Positions 10,002 to 21,106 of a stretch of 64,000 nucleotides of DNA are shown piece after piece. The translations under genes and the position numbers were made by a program. Under the pieces are notes generated by a model that was not told where the DNA came from, searched no databases, and worked only from the letters and a program-made list of their open reading frames with translations. Position 1 is the first letter of the stretch, and the number at the start of each line of letters is the position of its first letter. Source of the stretch: Planctomycetaceae bacterium (lineage in GTDB: Bacteria; Planctomycetota; Planctomycetia; Pirellulales; Pirellulaceae); contig SYJV01000175.1 in the NCBI GenBank assembly GCA_005798335.1, positions 3,280 through 67,279 of the forward strand, in the 5' to 3' direction.

Positions 10002-10059
10002 GTACTTGCTGTAATCCAATTAGCAAGTCGCTCGGTGATTCTACAGCGCGGATCGATGC

Positions 10060-10839
10060 ATGCGTGATTCGAAGATTGGTGATCCGACAATTCTCTTCGA
10101 GCATCCTCACTTTCTGCTTGTCGATAAACCGGCGGGATTATTCTCGCAAGCTGCGATTGGCATCGACAACTTGGAACACAGCTTGATAGAGTTGCTCACT
10201 AAGCGAGACGCACATCCTGGGACACCCTTTGTCGGCTTGCCTCATCGACTTGATCGAGGCACTTCAGGAGTCATGTTGATTGCTCGCAATGCACGTGCGC
10301 TCAAGCGATTTGGCGAGCAGTTTCAGTCTCGCAAGATTTCCAAGTACTACATGGCCGTGCTCGAAGGTCAAATGAGCGAGCCGACGAGTCGCTGGGAAGA
10401 TTACGTACGGAAGATTCCCGACCGCCCCATCGCCGAAATCTGCGCTAGCGACGTCCCAGATGCAAAACTCGCCACTCTAGATGCTCATCGCATTGTGACC
10501 GATGGCGACCGAACGTTAGTATTACTGCAGCTTTATACCGGCAGGATGCATCAGATTCGAATCCAAGCTGCTCAGCGCGGCTTGCCAGTCCTGGGCGATT
10601 GGACATATCGCGGCAGCGGCCATTTCGGGCCGCTCGACGATCAAGATCAACGACAATGTATGGCCCTCCACAGCCTGCGCATCGAATTTCGTCATCCACA
10701 AACTGGTAAGCTGACCACTGGAACCGCAGATATTCCGCCAACATGGGAGTCATTGCCCGCACCGATCATATCCGCAGCGCGAGCGCACATCCGGCAAAGC
10801 CAACTGCAACTCGACTGCGAGTATAAGTGCCCGCGATAG
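10060..10839 (+). CDS. RluA-family pseudouridine synthase
   Basis: 259 aa with HFLLVDKPAGL and the catalytic HRLDRGTSGVMLIARN motif. No S4 domain is present. Confidence 0.85.
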   Translation: MRDSKIGDPTILFEHPHFLLVDKPAGLFSQAAIGIDNLEHSLIELLTKRDAHPGTPFVGLPHRLDRGTSGVMLIARNARALKRFGEQFQSRKISKYYMAVLEGQMSEPTSRWEDYVRKIPDRPIAEICASDVPDAKLATLDAHRIVTDGDRTLVLLQLYTGRMHQIRIQAAQRGLPVLGDWTYRGSGHFGPLDDQDQRQCMALHSLRIEFRHPQTGKLTTGTADIPPTWESLPAPIISAARAHIRQSQLQLDCEYKCPR

Positions 10840-10969
10840 GTTCTAAATTCAGGCTGCACTTTACTTCGGCAAGCCCTCCGTGAACAATTGCTCTGCACGT
10901 TTCGTGCGATGGTTCAAAGGGGGTTAAGCACACAGTACTTGCGATCGAGCCATCTGCATCGTGGTTGGG

Positions 10970-12304
10970 CTATGCCGAGGCGATCTTGGCGGTTACCGGC
11001 GGTGGCGACTGCTCCATGCGTTCGAGGCAGCGACCAATATGCCGAACCGCTTGACGCAGCCGGTTTTCATTTTCGACTAGAGCCAAGCGTAGATAGCCTT
11101 CGCCTGCTGGACCAAAACCGCTGCCGGGACTGACTGCGACGTCGCCGTGTTCAAGCAGCATCATGGCAAAATCGAGGGTACTCATCCGCTGTTGCCATTT
11201 TTCCGGGATCTTGCCCCACACGAACATTCCGGCGCGGGGCGGAGTGGCTTCCCAGCCGATTCGATGCAATCCCTCAACCAACACATCGCGGCGACCTTGG
11301 TAGATTTGCGATTGGTGTTCTACATTAGCTTCGGTATCGCGCAGGGCTACGATCGCGGCAATCTGGATAGCTTGGAACATGCCATAGTCGTAGTACCCCT
11401 TGATCGTTGCCAAACCGCGAATCATATCGGCATTGCCGGCACAGAAACCGATTCGCCAACCCGCCATATTGTACCCTTTGCTCATCGTCGTGAACTCAAC
11501 GCCTACGTCGATCGCACCTGGAGCAGCCAGAAAACTCGGCGGTTGGTAGCCATCGAACGCAACGTCCGCGTACGCAAAATCGCTGATCACCATAAAACCG
11601 TAGCGTTTGGCAAGCTTCACCACTTCGGGAAAGAAATCTTTCTCAACCGTAACGGTCGAAGGATTATGTGGGTAGTTGATGATCAGCAATTTGGGCCTAG
11701 GATAAAAATGCTGACAAGTGTAGGCAATATTCGAAAGGAATTTTTCGCTATCGGCGACTTCCAAAGCAACCACATTTCCGGCAGCGAGCACGACACCATA
11801 CATGTGAACGGGGAAGTAAGGTGCCGGTATCATGGCCGTGTCACCTGGTCCCATCAACGCCAAACACATGTGGCTGAACCCTTCCTTGCTGCCCAAGCAA
11901 ACGATGGCTTGGCTTTCCGGATCGATGCGCACACCATATTTGCGAAAATACTTGCTGGCCAGTTCACGACGCAGGTTCAGCAAGCCATTGGACTTGCTGT
12001 AACCATGATTAGTAACGTCGTCAGCCGCTTCGGACAATTTGTCGATGACGACTTTGGCTGGCGGATCAGACGGATTTCCCATTCCCAAATCGATCACATC
12101 CTTACCGGCTCGCCGTTTTTGGTAGAGCGTATTGTTGATGCGACCGAATAAATACGGAGGCAATCGATGCACTCGCGACGCATATTCCACTCGAAAAGGC
12201 ATGCCTGAGAAATCACTTGGAACAGAAGCGGACCCGTTGGAATCAGTCATAAATCGCGCCAAATTTTTCAGTTGGTCAATTGCTGTTTTGACGTATTGCG
12301 CCAC
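10970..12304 (-). CDS. class I/II pyridoxal-phosphate-dependent aminotransferase (AlaA/AspC-like)
   Basis: Motifs [29 protein letters not shown] and a [15 protein letters not shown] lysine motif. The start is uncertain: GTG 12304, ATG 12250 or ATG 12202. Confidence 0.85.
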   Translation of the reverse strand: MAQYVKTAIDQLKNLARFMTDSNGSASVPSDFSGMPFRVEYASRVHRLPPYLFGRINNTLYQKRRAGKDVIDLGMGNPSDPPAKVVIDKLSEAADDVTNHGYSKSNGLLNLRRELASKYFRKYGVRIDPESQAIVCLGSKEGFSHMCLALMGPGDTAMIPAPYFPVHMYGVVLAAGNVVALEVADSEKFLSNIAYTCQHFYPRPKLLIINYPHNPSTVTVEKDFFPEVVKLAKRYGFMVISDFAYADVAFDGYQPPSFLAAPGAIDVGVEFTTMSKGYNMAGWRIGFCAGNADMIRGLATIKGYYDYGMFQAIQIAAIVALRDTEANVEHQSQIYQGRRDVLVEGLHRIGWEATPPRAGMFVWGKIPEKWQQRMSTLDFAMMLLEHGDVAVSPGSGFGPAGEGYLRLALVENENRLRQAVRHIGRCLERMEQSPPPVTAKIASA

Positions 12305-12589
12305 GGAATAGCGTGTATTACGCCACGAAAGATGTCATTGTAAGTTTATCGGCTGGAATCGATCCCCAAAACCATGCAGCTAACGAAAGTAAAGCGGCTC
12401 AGCCAACATTATCCGGATTTTGTCAGTTTTGGGGACTCGGGTGATCAAGAATCCAGCCCCTAGATCCCTGCGAGAGTTGAGCAGAACCGCTTCGTTAGAA
12501 TTTCAAGCATCATTCGCTATGGAAACGAGCATGCCTCTTGTCAATCGCACAATGGGTGAGTGCTACCTAAGTGCGAAATGTAATAAGCA

Positions 12590-13687
12590 TTACGCCACCC
12601 ATTTGCTAGCAGCGCGCTCTAGAATCTTCATGCAAGCTTCGGCGACATCGTCGACCGAAATCGCTCGCATCGAAGAATTATCCGTGTTGCGCATTGAACT
12701 TTTCCGTGGCGGCACAAGCGGACTTTGGATCGCGATGTGCCCTGACCCATAAGGCCCACACTCTTCGGCTCGGGTCGGGCCAAACAGTGCGACGCATGGA
12801 GTTCGCACCGCTGCGGCTAAGTGCATCGGACCGGTGTCAGCTCCGACATACATGGTGCTACAGCGGAGCAGTTCGGCCAGCACTTGTAGATTCGTCGGCG
12901 GTGCCAGCACGCAGCAGTTCCGATTTTCTGACACAATTTCCGTGGCGATCTCTCGTTCCGATTCACCTGCCCACAAGACCAGCGACGATAAACCGGTTCG
13001 CTGGAACAACTCTCGCGCCAGTTTGCTGTAATGCTGGACTGGCCACATTTTACTCGGCCAACCAGCTCCGACGTTGATGCTTGCCCACGGAGCGACGAGT
13101 CTCGACTCATTACAAATGCGCTCCGCGATAACTGCCGCGTCGCGATAAATCGGCATCTCGAATTCGGCCTTGCCGGGTCCGCATTCTTGAAATGGAGACA
13201 GCAGCTCGCGATAGACGTCGGCCATATGCGCCGATCGTCGCCGAACTCGAAGACTATACATCCAGGGGCTGATCTCGCGCGCCTGACTGCGATCGAAACC
13301 GATGCGGCGAGGGCAACCGCTCAGCCAACCAACCATAGCACTCTTGATCAGCCCTTGCGGGTCGAGGACCAAATCAAACTGTTGTCTGCGAACCATGTTC
13401 CGCAATTGCAACAGACCGCTAACGCTGCGCAGCCACTTTTTATCAATTTTCAGAACTTGGTCCACAGCGCCATGTTCTGACAGCAGGCTGGCCGCTGAAC
13501 ATTGAACCGCCCAAGTTACTTTGCATTGCGGCCAAAGCTGCTTGACCGAAACTGCGAGCGGCAATGTCAAAATGCAGTCACCGATCGCACTAAGTCGAGT
13601 AATCAAAACGTGCTTGGGTTGAGTTTCTTCGAATTTCAATGTGATATACCTGGAGCTTGCGAATGCCGATGCCAATTGTTCGCCCAA
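12590..13687 (-). CDS. glycosyltransferase family 9 (LPS heptosyltransferase-like)
   Basis: VLITRLSAIGDCILTLP N-terminal motif and a C-terminal GADTGPMHLAAA motif. The start is uncertain: TTG 13687 or TTG 13639. Confidence 0.82.
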   Translation of the reverse strand: MGEQLASAFASSRYITLKFEETQPKHVLITRLSAIGDCILTLPLAVSVKQLWPQCKVTWAVQCSAASLLSEHGAVDQVLKIDKKWLRSVSGLLQLRNMVRRQQFDLVLDPQGLIKSAMVGWLSGCPRRIGFDRSQAREISPWMYSLRVRRRSAHMADVYRELLSPFQECGPGKAEFEMPIYRDAAVIAERICNESRLVAPWASINVGAGWPSKMWPVQHYSKLARELFQRTGLSSLVLWAGESEREIATEIVSENRNCCVLAPPTNLQVLAELLRCSTMYVGADTGPMHLAAAVRTPCVALFGPTRAEECGPYGSGHIAIQSPLVPPRKSSMRNTDNSSMRAISVDDVAEACMKILERAASKWVA

Positions 13688-13939
13688 CCAGGCATGCCAT
13701 GGGATCGAAAGTAGTATCCGACAGCGCTCAAACCCGCTAAATCAGCACATGCTTCTCGCGCCGCATCAGTTACCACATCACGATAGCGACCACGCTGGCT
13801 CGGTCGGCTGGCTAGAATATTAAATCTAGCAAAGTAAGCCAAGATCGAAAGTTCATAAATCCAGCACCATTGCGCGTTGCTTGCCAAGACAATCCTTCGT
13901 AACGGCTGTGCCGAGTAGTGCAACAAACGCCGCTGGGGT

Positions 13940-14078
13940 CTAAGGCGAGCGGCAGATGGGAATTTACCAAGGCCTCAGCGAATACAAGCCCGATGCGCAA
14001 GCGAGTGCGTCAATCCTGGCATACACTCGCTTGCGCTTCGGGCTTGTATTGGTAAGAAACTATCTGCCGCTCGCCTAA
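13940..14078. repeat. Hairpin repeat family A, full copy 2 (139 bp)
   Basis: Same orientation as copy 1 and 138/139 identical to it; the single difference is c->t in aaacCatctg. It ends 33 bp downstream of the stop of ORF 14111..14569(-). Confidence 0.9.
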
Positions 14079-14110
14079 TGGCTAACGGGACTCCGAATTG
14101 AAGAAGCTGC

Positions 14111-14569
14111 CTATGGTAAATGGTCTAGCTTCGAAGCAAACAGTCGCAGCGCATTTTCTCGTAAAATAAGCCTCTTGTCGGCATCGGACAGTTCAGCGTG
14201 CACAACACGCGCGCGCTGCATCGCGGCATGGTATAGCGGAGTGTCGGTGCCGAACAGAATTCGTTCCACGCCGATTTCGTCGACTGCCCATTCAATCAGG
14301 CCAGGAACGATTGAATTGACGCTCGACGTGTCCGCGTAAACGTTGCCATGCTGACATTGCTGGATCGCACGAATTTGGTGCGTGACACCAATTCCGTTAA
14401 TCACTAGGCTGGCTGATAGCAGAGGACGCAGCAAGCTCGGCGAAGGCAACAGCCACGCGATCAAAACAGGCAAAGCGGACGCCCACAAGAACGCAGTCTT
14501 AATTAGGCAGGTTTGCTGTCGTACGGTCCGCGCCCAACGAATCGAGAATTGCTGCATGCAACACGCCAA
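14111..14569 (-). pseudogene. Chimeric gene remnant: amidohydrolase C-terminal fragment fused to a membrane-protein-like fragment
   Basis: Only the last ~77 aa (NVYADTSS...ERILFGTDTPLYH...ENALRLF) resemble the C-terminus of a TIM-barrel amidohydrolase. The N-terminal half is hydrophobic (TAFLWASALPVLIAWLL). A second membrane-like reading (FIANTALYFLVAPVFYVGVLHAAILDSLGA) sits in another frame at ~14530-14690 and ends in a stop. There is no room for a full-length amidohydrolase before the + strand gene at 14779. Confidence 0.45.
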
Positions 14570-14778
14570 CGTAAAACACCGGCGCGACCAGAAAGTAGAG
14601 TGCCGTATTTGCGATAAACACAGCGCTATTACGGCGCTGTACGGCGTCCGGCAGTTCTTCTACATTGTCCAGGTGGCCCCTGGAGGTTTGCGGCCAAGCG
14701 AATAAAATTCAATCAAACTTGGAGTTGCCCTGAAATATTTCTTGCATCGATTTACTTCAAATTTCGGTACCAATATAC

Positions 14779-15546
14779 ATGACACAGCAACCTGTCGCGC
14801 GCGTCCTGAGTCACTCGGAATTAATGCAGCTCAGACGATGGAATACACCCACGATCTACAATGGTTGGGAGCAAATTACCCAACACAATCCAGCTCGCGA
14901 CGCATTTAACATTGAAGAGACTCGCGACTTCATGCCGCAAATGGGGCCGATGATTGGCTATGCAGTTACTCTAGTAATCGAGCCCAGCAATTCAGCGCAT
15001 CGCAAAGCAAATCCGCGGGCGTGGGCCGAGTATCGCGAGTACATTGCATCGATAACGGGCCCAAAAATTGTCGTTGTCCAGGATTTGGACAAACCTCAAG
15101 TATTGGGCTCGTTTTGGGGTGAAGTCAATGCAAACGTACATTTAGCCCTAGGCTGTGTCGGCACGATAGTCGACGGAGCCATCCGAGACGTTGACGAAAT
15201 GACCTCAGCCGGTTTCAAGGGAATCGCGCGCCGTCTGTGTGTAGGACACGCTTTTTCAACGCCAGTTCGCTGGGGCGTTGATGTCGAAGTATTCGGAACT
15301 CGCGTCCTTCCCGGTCAATTGATACACGCAGACAAACACGGATTTATGGCTATCCCACCTGGCGATGAACCGCAATTGCTAGATGCAGCCCGCTTCATGG
15401 ACACCAATGAATGCGAATCCGTGATCCCGGCAGCAAGAGAATCCGCAGGACGAACCAGCGCCGATAGCTTGGCAGCAATGAATGCAGCGTCTGCCAGTTT
15501 CCGTAGTCAAGCATCCGCCAGATTCACCAAGCAGGGTGAGTGGTAA
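14779..15546 (+). CDS. RraA-family protein (RraA/HMG-aldolase-like)
   Basis: 255 aa. The core GSFWGEVNANVHLALGCVGTIVDGAIRDVDEM...ADKHGFMAIP is typical of the RraA/dimethylmenaquinone-methyltransferase-like fold. Confidence 0.75.
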   Translation: MTQQPVARVLSHSELMQLRRWNTPTIYNGWEQITQHNPARDAFNIEETRDFMPQMGPMIGYAVTLVIEPSNSAHRKANPRAWAEYREYIASITGPKIVVVQDLDKPQVLGSFWGEVNANVHLALGCVGTIVDGAIRDVDEMTSAGFKGIARRLCVGHAFSTPVRWGVDVEVFGTRVLPGQLIHADKHGFMAIPPGDEPQLLDAARFMDTNECESVIPAARESAGRTSADSLAAMNAASASFRSQASARFTKQGEW

Positions 15547-15987
15547 TGTGCTAAAAATCCCGAAAATAGCCGATCTCTCTCCATAAATGTTTCTGTCGGC
15601 CATTGGTGCGAGTACATCCAGGTCGCACAACCCGCTAAGCCAAGTAGGAATCGATTAGAAGGGATTGTCGTGGTTAGCTCCGCGACACTGCAGCAAGAAG
15701 AATCGAAAATTATGCAACGTTGGTTTGCGGAGACGACCACGACATTGTCGAGTTTTGCAGTTGCAGTGCTAATTGAGGAACTCGTTTCGGGCCATTTCCA
15801 GCAACCGACGGAACTAGGCTTGGCTAAACTCGCATCCAAACTGCTGTCATGCTAAGCTAGTACATGAGCTTACTCCCCAAAGCCATTTGGACGTGGCTCG
15901 AAACGATTTCCTCCAAAGCGGCGGTGAAATTCAGCCGTTGAAACGCAGCGATAATAAGTGCGGCTGCCCAGTGATTTTGAGGTCGGC

Positions 15988-18018
15988 ATGAGCGTAAAGG
16001 AAATTGATCTACCACAGACAGCATCTGATGAAGATATTGTCGTTGCAGACGCTGGGTATTGGTATGTGGATGCCAACTCTCAAGCATTCTTGGTCAGCTT
16101 TGTGTTTCATATCCTGTTGGTATTAGCGCTTGCAATCACACCATTGGTTTCATCAACGCGATCAGAGAATGTTGCGTTAAGCGCCATCGCGCACGAGTTC
16201 GAAGAGGAATTCGTCGTTACCGAGGAGATGGCTCCGGCGGAGAACTTGCCCAGTGAAGTTGGTGCGAACAGCGAGTCAGACATCTCTACGGCGCTAAGTA
16301 TGGCGCCTGTCATCGCTGAGATTTCCGAAATGCCCGCGCCTGCACCTGAGTTGCCGGTACTTAACGCGACTTACGATTTGAACAATCAAATCAAACAGCC
16401 TGTTGGCTTGACCAAAAGCGAAAATGTGGTTCGCGGAATGACTGGCGTCGGTACCACTGGGACAGCCGGAGCGGTTGATCGAATCACTTCTGAAATCCTG
16501 CGTGCAATGGAGCAGCGACCAACTTTAGTGGTGTGGCTGTTCGATCAGTCCGGCAGTCTCCAGCAGAGGCGATTAGAAATCCGTAATCGATTCGACCGCA
16601 TTTATTCGGAATTGGGGATCGCGCGCCAGCAGAAGGAATCGACTGACGAGAAAACTGCCAACGACGATTACTTGCTGACCGCGGTTATTTCGTTTGGTTC
16701 GCGAGTGAATTTGCTAACTAAGAAACCGACCTCCGACCTCGATGAGATTCGCGCGGCTATCGACGCAGTGACCTTAGACCAGACCGGAATCGAACGAGTG
16801 TTTTCTGCGATCTATTTGGCATTGGACAAATTCAAGGCTTATCGCAGTGCTTCGACAGGTCATGGCCCAGAGCGCAATGTGTTATTTATCGCCGTATCCG
16901 ACGAACGAGGTGACGACATCGAAGGCATGGACAAGACCATCGACCTGTGCCGAAAATCGGCGATACCTGTATATGTGGTTGGCGTTCCAGCTCCGTTCGG
17001 ACGCGAGTTCACGTATGTCAAATATGTGGATCCGGATCCCAAGTTTGATCAAACTCCGCAATGGGCTCAGGTGGATCAAGGGCCAGAATCGCTTTTTCCT
17101 GAAAGAGTCAAAATTGGTTACAAAGACAATTACTACGACGAACCAGTGCTCGATTCTGGTTTCGGACCTTACGCACTATCGCGACTATGCTACGAAACAG
17201 GTGGGATTTACTTTACCGTTCATCCCAATCGTCAATTCGGTCGGCGCGTAAACCGAGGAGAGATCGATCCGTTTGCCTCGGAACTGGCGTATTTCTTTAA
17301 TCCAGAGGTCATGACCCGATATCGTCCCGATTACGTTTCGGTCGACGACTACAGCAAGAAGGTCAAGGAGAGCCCACTGCGACAGGCCCTAGTTGCAGCT
17401 TCTCGATTGACTGCGGCCGAGACACTGAATCAACCGGTAACTCGGTTCGTTAAACGCGATGAGGCATCGCTGGTCAACTCGCTGACAACCGCTCAGCAAC
17501 AGGCGGCTAGATTGGCGCCGCAACTGGAAGGCTTGGCATCAATTCTTCAAAATGGAGTAGCCTATCGCGACAAGGAGATTTCGCCTCGGTGGCTGGCCGG
17601 CTTCGATCTTGCGATGGGTGTGGTTCTCGCTCATAAAGTCCGCGCAGAAGGTTACAATGCAATGTTGGCTAAAGCGAAACGCGGAATCCCCTTCCAGCTC
17701 CCTAGAAACAATACGTGGATACTGACGCCCGACCAAGAGATTTCTGTGGGCAGCAAACTAGAAAAGGAAGGTGAAATCGCTCGAGATCTATTGAAAAAAG
17801 TGGCTGAACAGCATACGGGGACACCTTGGGGTATGCTGGCCAGTCGTGAATTGAAGATCCCATTGGGATGGACGTGGGTCGAAGATTTCACCGATTTGGC
17901 GCCCAATCGTCCTGGCGCCCGGGGTAACAACGGCAACAATGTTCCTCGTCCTGCTCAAGACGAGAAGGCCAAAATGCTTGGCCCGCAAGCGCCCAAGCGA
18001 CCAATTCCAAAATTATGA
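15988..18018 (+). CDS. von Willebrand factor type A domain membrane protein
   Basis: An N-terminal TM helix (FLVSFVFHILLVLALAITPL) is followed by a VWA MIDAS-like motif (VVWLFDQSGSLQ) and a long C-terminal region. The start is set to ATG 15988, preceded by gagg. The ORF opens at GTG 15958. Confidence 0.75.
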   Translation: MSVKEIDLPQTASDEDIVVADAGYWYVDANSQAFLVSFVFHILLVLALAITPLVSSTRSENVALSAIAHEFEEEFVVTEEMAPAENLPSEVGANSESDISTALSMAPVIAEISEMPAPAPELPVLNATYDLNNQIKQPVGLTKSENVVRGMTGVGTTGTAGAVDRITSEILRAMEQRPTLVVWLFDQSGSLQQRRLEIRNRFDRIYSELGIARQQKESTDEKTANDDYLLTAVISFGSRVNLLTKKPTSDLDEIRAAIDAVTLDQTGIERVFSAIYLALDKFKAYRSASTGHGPERNVLFIAVSDERGDDIEGMDKTIDLCRKSAIPVYVVGVPAPFGREFTYVKYVDPDPKFDQTPQWAQVDQGPESLFPERVKIGYKDNYYDEPVLDSGFGPYALSRLCYETGGIYFTVHPNRQFGRRVNRGEIDPFASELAYFFNPEVMTRYRPDYVSVDDYSKKVKESPLRQALVAASRLTAAETLNQPVTRFVKRDEASLVNSLTTAQQQAARLAPQLEGLASILQNGVAYRDKEISPRWLAGFDLAMGVVLAHKVRAEGYNAMLAKAKRGIPFQLPRNNTWILTPDQEISVGSKLEKEGEIARDLLKKVAEQHTGTPWGMLASRELKIPLGWTWVEDFTDLAPNRPGARGNNGNNVPRPAQDEKAKMLGPQAPKRPIPKL

Positions 18019-18082
18019 TCATTGAGCAATTCGGGGCGCGCGTTCAGAACGCGACTTAGGGCAAGACGCCGCACGCGTTTCA

Positions 18083-18306
18083 CAGGCCACAGAAAAACAC
18101 GGACGCCACACTTAAGGATGTATCGCTCACGTCCGGACAATCGCGGTGCATTTTTCCGTGTTCGTTCTGTGCTGTTCTGTGGCTCCACAACCTGAGCGCA
18201 TCGAAAAAACAAACCGCTTGTAGGCAACTTCTTCTCGGATGCTTCCAGCGCTGTGATTACGCAGGCCACAGAAAAGCACAGACGCCAATCGGAAAGACGT
18301 ATCGCT
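18083..18306. repeat. Three copies of a ~20-nt GCCACAGAA(A/C)AGCACAGA-CG motif (two direct, one inverted)
   Basis: caggccacagaaaaacacggacgcc at 18083 and caggccacagaaaagcacagacgcc at 18262, each followed ~15 nt later by gtatcgct. An inverted copy, cgttctgtgctgttctgtggc, lies at ~18163-18183. All sit in the intergenic region upstream of ychF. Confidence 0.7.
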
Positions 18307-18459
18307 GCCAAAACACCGCCAATTCTTCCTCCGGCCGGTTTCGTTTTCGAGCGGCGTGAGTACGATAGCTGCCACCGAAAATGCTCTCGGTTCGCAAGGG
18401 CACTCAAATACCTGTACGCGAGCAGAACGCTTCGCGACCAAGATTGTAAGACGATTGCT

Positions 18460-19551
18460 ATGGAAGCCGGAATTGTTGGTTTGCCGAATGTAGGCAAGAG
18501 TACTTTGTTCAATGCGTTGACTAGCTCTCAGGGAGCTCAAGCAGCGAACTACCCATTCTGCACAATTGAGCCTAACGAAGGAATTGTTTGCGTCCCAGAT
18601 GACCGCCTGGGGCGCATCACGAAGCATATTCAAACTCAAAAAGTCATCCCTGCCATGTTGAAATTGGTCGACATAGCGGGGATCGTCAAAGGTGCCAGCG
18701 AAGGACAGGGGCTGGGCAATAAATTCCTCAGCCACATACGTGAGGTGGATGCAATCCTCCAAGTGGTGCGCTGCTTTGCAGATCCTGACGTGATTCATGT
18801 AGGCGGCAAAATCGATCCGGTCGCTGATATGGAGATCATAGAAACGGAATTGATGTTGGCGGATATCCAGACCCTGGAAAACGCGCTGCCAAAGGCGCAG
18901 CGCAGCGCCAAGAGCGGCGATAAGGAAGCTAAATTGCGAGTGACGGTAATTGAAAAGTTAATGGCGCATTTGGCAAAAGATCTACCCATCCGTCAGTTGG
19001 CGTTACCCGACACCGATGCAAAGGCTGTCTCCAGTTTTGGGCTGATGACTGCCAAGCCAATCTTGTATATCGCCAACGTCGACGAAAACGATTTGTTGGG
19101 TCAAGGAAAAATGGTGCAAACGGTCCGCGAATTCGCCGCCAAGGCAGGCGCGTTTGTTGTCCCAGTGTGCGCAAAGCTAGAGGCAGAAATTGCAGAACTC
19201 GACGAACCAGATCGCATCGAAATGCTGGCCTCTGTTGGCTTGCTCGAGCCCGCGCTGGCGGTTGTGGCGCGAGAAACGTATCACACGTTGGGATTGCAGA
19301 GCTACTTTACGGCTGGTGAGAAAGAAGTTCGCGCTTGGACCATCCCCGTGGGCGCAACCGCACCACAGGCCGCTGGGGTTATCCACACGGACTTCGAACG
19401 CGGATTCATTCGCGCGGAAGTATATTCATTAGCGGATCTGGAGACTCTTAAGTCGGAAAAGGAGATTCGCCAAGCGGGCAAATTGCGCACCGAAGGCAAA
19501 GCCTACGTGATGCAGGATGGCGACATCTGCCACTTTCTATTCAACGTGTGA
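18460..19551 (+). CDS. ychF: redox-regulated ATPase YchF
   Basis: Starts [21 protein letters not shown] (P-loop) and ends with the TGS-like C-terminus ([18 protein letters not shown]). The ORF opens upstream at 18253 but homology begins at ATG 18460. Confidence 0.92.
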   Translation: MEAGIVGLPNVGKSTLFNALTSSQGAQAANYPFCTIEPNEGIVCVPDDRLGRITKHIQTQKVIPAMLKLVDIAGIVKGASEGQGLGNKFLSHIREVDAILQVVRCFADPDVIHVGGKIDPVADMEIIETELMLADIQTLENALPKAQRSAKSGDKEAKLRVTVIEKLMAHLAKDLPIRQLALPDTDAKAVSSFGLMTAKPILYIANVDENDLLGQGKMVQTVREFAAKAGAFVVPVCAKLEAEIAELDEPDRIEMLASVGLLEPALAVVARETYHTLGLQSYFTAGEKEVRAWTIPVGATAPQAAGVIHTDFERGFIRAEVYSLADLETLKSEKEIRQAGKLRTEGKAYVMQDGDICHFLFNV

Positions 19552-19557
19552 GGTGGC

Positions 19558-20823
19558 TTATCGCACGCCGATACCGTCCACTCGTTCTACGATGGCACCG
19601 GGAGATTCGTTACGTCCGATTACCACGATACCCCCAGGGCTGATAGTGAACCCTCGTTTTCGATCCAAATCCGGGTCGTAACCAATTTCAGTATTCGGAG
19701 GAATATGGACGCGTTTATCGATGATCGCGCGGCGAATGCGCGCATGCCGACCGACGTCAACTCCCTCGAACAAAATGCTATCTTCAACATGTGCGTAACT
19801 GTTCACGCGAACATCGGGACTGATGACGCTACGTTGAACTTTACCACCGCTGATAATTGTGCCTTGGCAGACAATGCTGTCGAGAGCTTGCCCGCATCGA
19901 TCTGAGTCACCGTATGACCCAAATACAAACTTTGGAGGTGGTAAATTTGGTTGCAAAGTACGAATTGGCCACTGATGGTCATACAGGTTTAGTTGCGGAT
20001 CAATACCAATCAAGTCCATGTTTGCTTCGAAGTAGGCATCCAGCGTACCCACGTCTCGCCAATAAGCTTCGCGTTTACGGTTTTCGTCGCGAAACGGAAA
20101 CGCAAATACGCGATGTTGGTGGATTATTGAGGGAATGATATTCTTGCCAAAGTCGTGGCTGCTCTCGGGTTCGGTTGCGTCGCGGCACAATTGTTCAAAT
20201 AGAAACCTCGAAGTGAACACATAAATTCCCATCGAAGCCAGACAGTGTTGATCGTCGCCGGGCAATGTCAATGGATTCGCAGGCTTCTCTTCGAAGCCAA
20301 TGATCCGTTGATGCTGGTCAACCTGGATGACTCCAAATTGTGTTGCCGATTCTTTGTCGACGCGCAATGCGCCAATCGTCAAGTCGGCGTCCATTTCGAT
20401 GTGATAGTCCACCATGGCGCGATAGTTCATCTTGTAAATGTGATCGCCTGCCAGAATCAATCTATTTTCTGGCCGCTCTTTTTCGATCACATAGATATTC
20501 TGATAGACGGCATCTGCGGTACCTTGATACCAATGCTCGTCGATTCGCTGCTGTGGCGGCACCAAGTCGATAAACTCTTGCAGCTCTGGGCAAAAGTATT
20601 TGCGCCAGCCGAGATTGATGTGGCGATCCAAACTCATCGCTTTGTACTGAGTGAGTACCAACATACGGCGAATGCCCGAGTTGATACAGTTGGATAGTAC
20701 AAAGTCGATGATGCGATAGGTCCCTCCGAACGGAACCGCCGGTTTCGCTCGATCGCGCGTCAGAGGCTCCAAACGCGTACCTTTGCCGCCAGCCAATACT
20801 ACCGCTAACGTATCCCGCATCAT
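19558..20823 (-). CDS. glgC: glucose-1-phosphate adenylyltransferase
   Basis: LAVVLAGGKGTRLEPLTRDRAKPAVPFGGTYRIIDFVLSNCINSG, plus a left-handed beta-helix C-terminus. The start is set to ATG 20823 (MMRDT). Confidence 0.92.
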   Translation of the reverse strand: MMRDTLAVVLAGGKGTRLEPLTRDRAKPAVPFGGTYRIIDFVLSNCINSGIRRMLVLTQYKAMSLDRHINLGWRKYFCPELQEFIDLVPPQQRIDEHWYQGTADAVYQNIYVIEKERPENRLILAGDHIYKMNYRAMVDYHIEMDADLTIGALRVDKESATQFGVIQVDQHQRIIGFEEKPANPLTLPGDDQHCLASMGIYVFTSRFLFEQLCRDATEPESSHDFGKNIIPSIIHQHRVFAFPFRDENRKREAYWRDVGTLDAYFEANMDLIGIDPQLNLYDHQWPIRTLQPNLPPPKFVFGSYGDSDRCGQALDSIVCQGTIISGGKVQRSVISPDVRVNSYAHVEDSILFEGVDVGRHARIRRAIIDKRVHIPPNTEIGYDPDLDRKRGFTISPGGIVVIGRNESPGAIVERVDGIGVR

Positions 20824-21036
20824 ACAGAACTTTCCATCGTCCGTTGCTATCGAGGTCGCAAACGTGAACCACAACCGCCCAATCCACCGAGTATTACCGC
20901 TCTAATTGTGCCAGCTAGTAGAATACCATGTTCGGTTCCGTACTAATATCGCGGCAACTTACCCACAATCGCGACAGTTATTGAACTAAGGAAATTGTCG
21001 CGCTGCAATGAAGTTGGACTGCATCTAAATTACATC

Positions 21037-21090
21037 TAAAAAAAGAAAAATGGCTCAGCCAGATAGGCCGAGCCAATGGTTTTTTTCTTT
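21037..21090 (-). terminator. Rho-independent-type terminator (bidirectional appearance)
   Basis: The stem tggctcagcc / ggccgagcca (21051-21076) is flanked by aaaaaaagaaaaa and tggtttttttctttc. On the minus strand it follows the stop at 21107 and is followed by a T-run. Confidence 0.7.
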
Positions 21091-21106
21091 CGCCCGAGCA
21101 ATCGAT

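Noticed and set aside
11147-12151. 334-aa plus-strand ORF
   Set aside because: It is fully antisense to the aminotransferase gene, whose minus-strand frame carries clear PLP-aminotransferase motifs. The plus-strand product has no recognisable features.
13636-13926. 96-aa minus-strand ORF between the GT9 gene and the family A repeat
   Set aside because: It has no motifs, overlaps the GT9 start region in another frame, and a comparably long ORF exists on the opposite strand. It may be another gene remnant, but I cannot support that.
18127-18798. 223-aa minus-strand ORF
   Set aside because: It is antisense to the 5' part of ychF and runs through the intergenic repeat motifs. It has no motif support, and the ychF frame is unambiguous.
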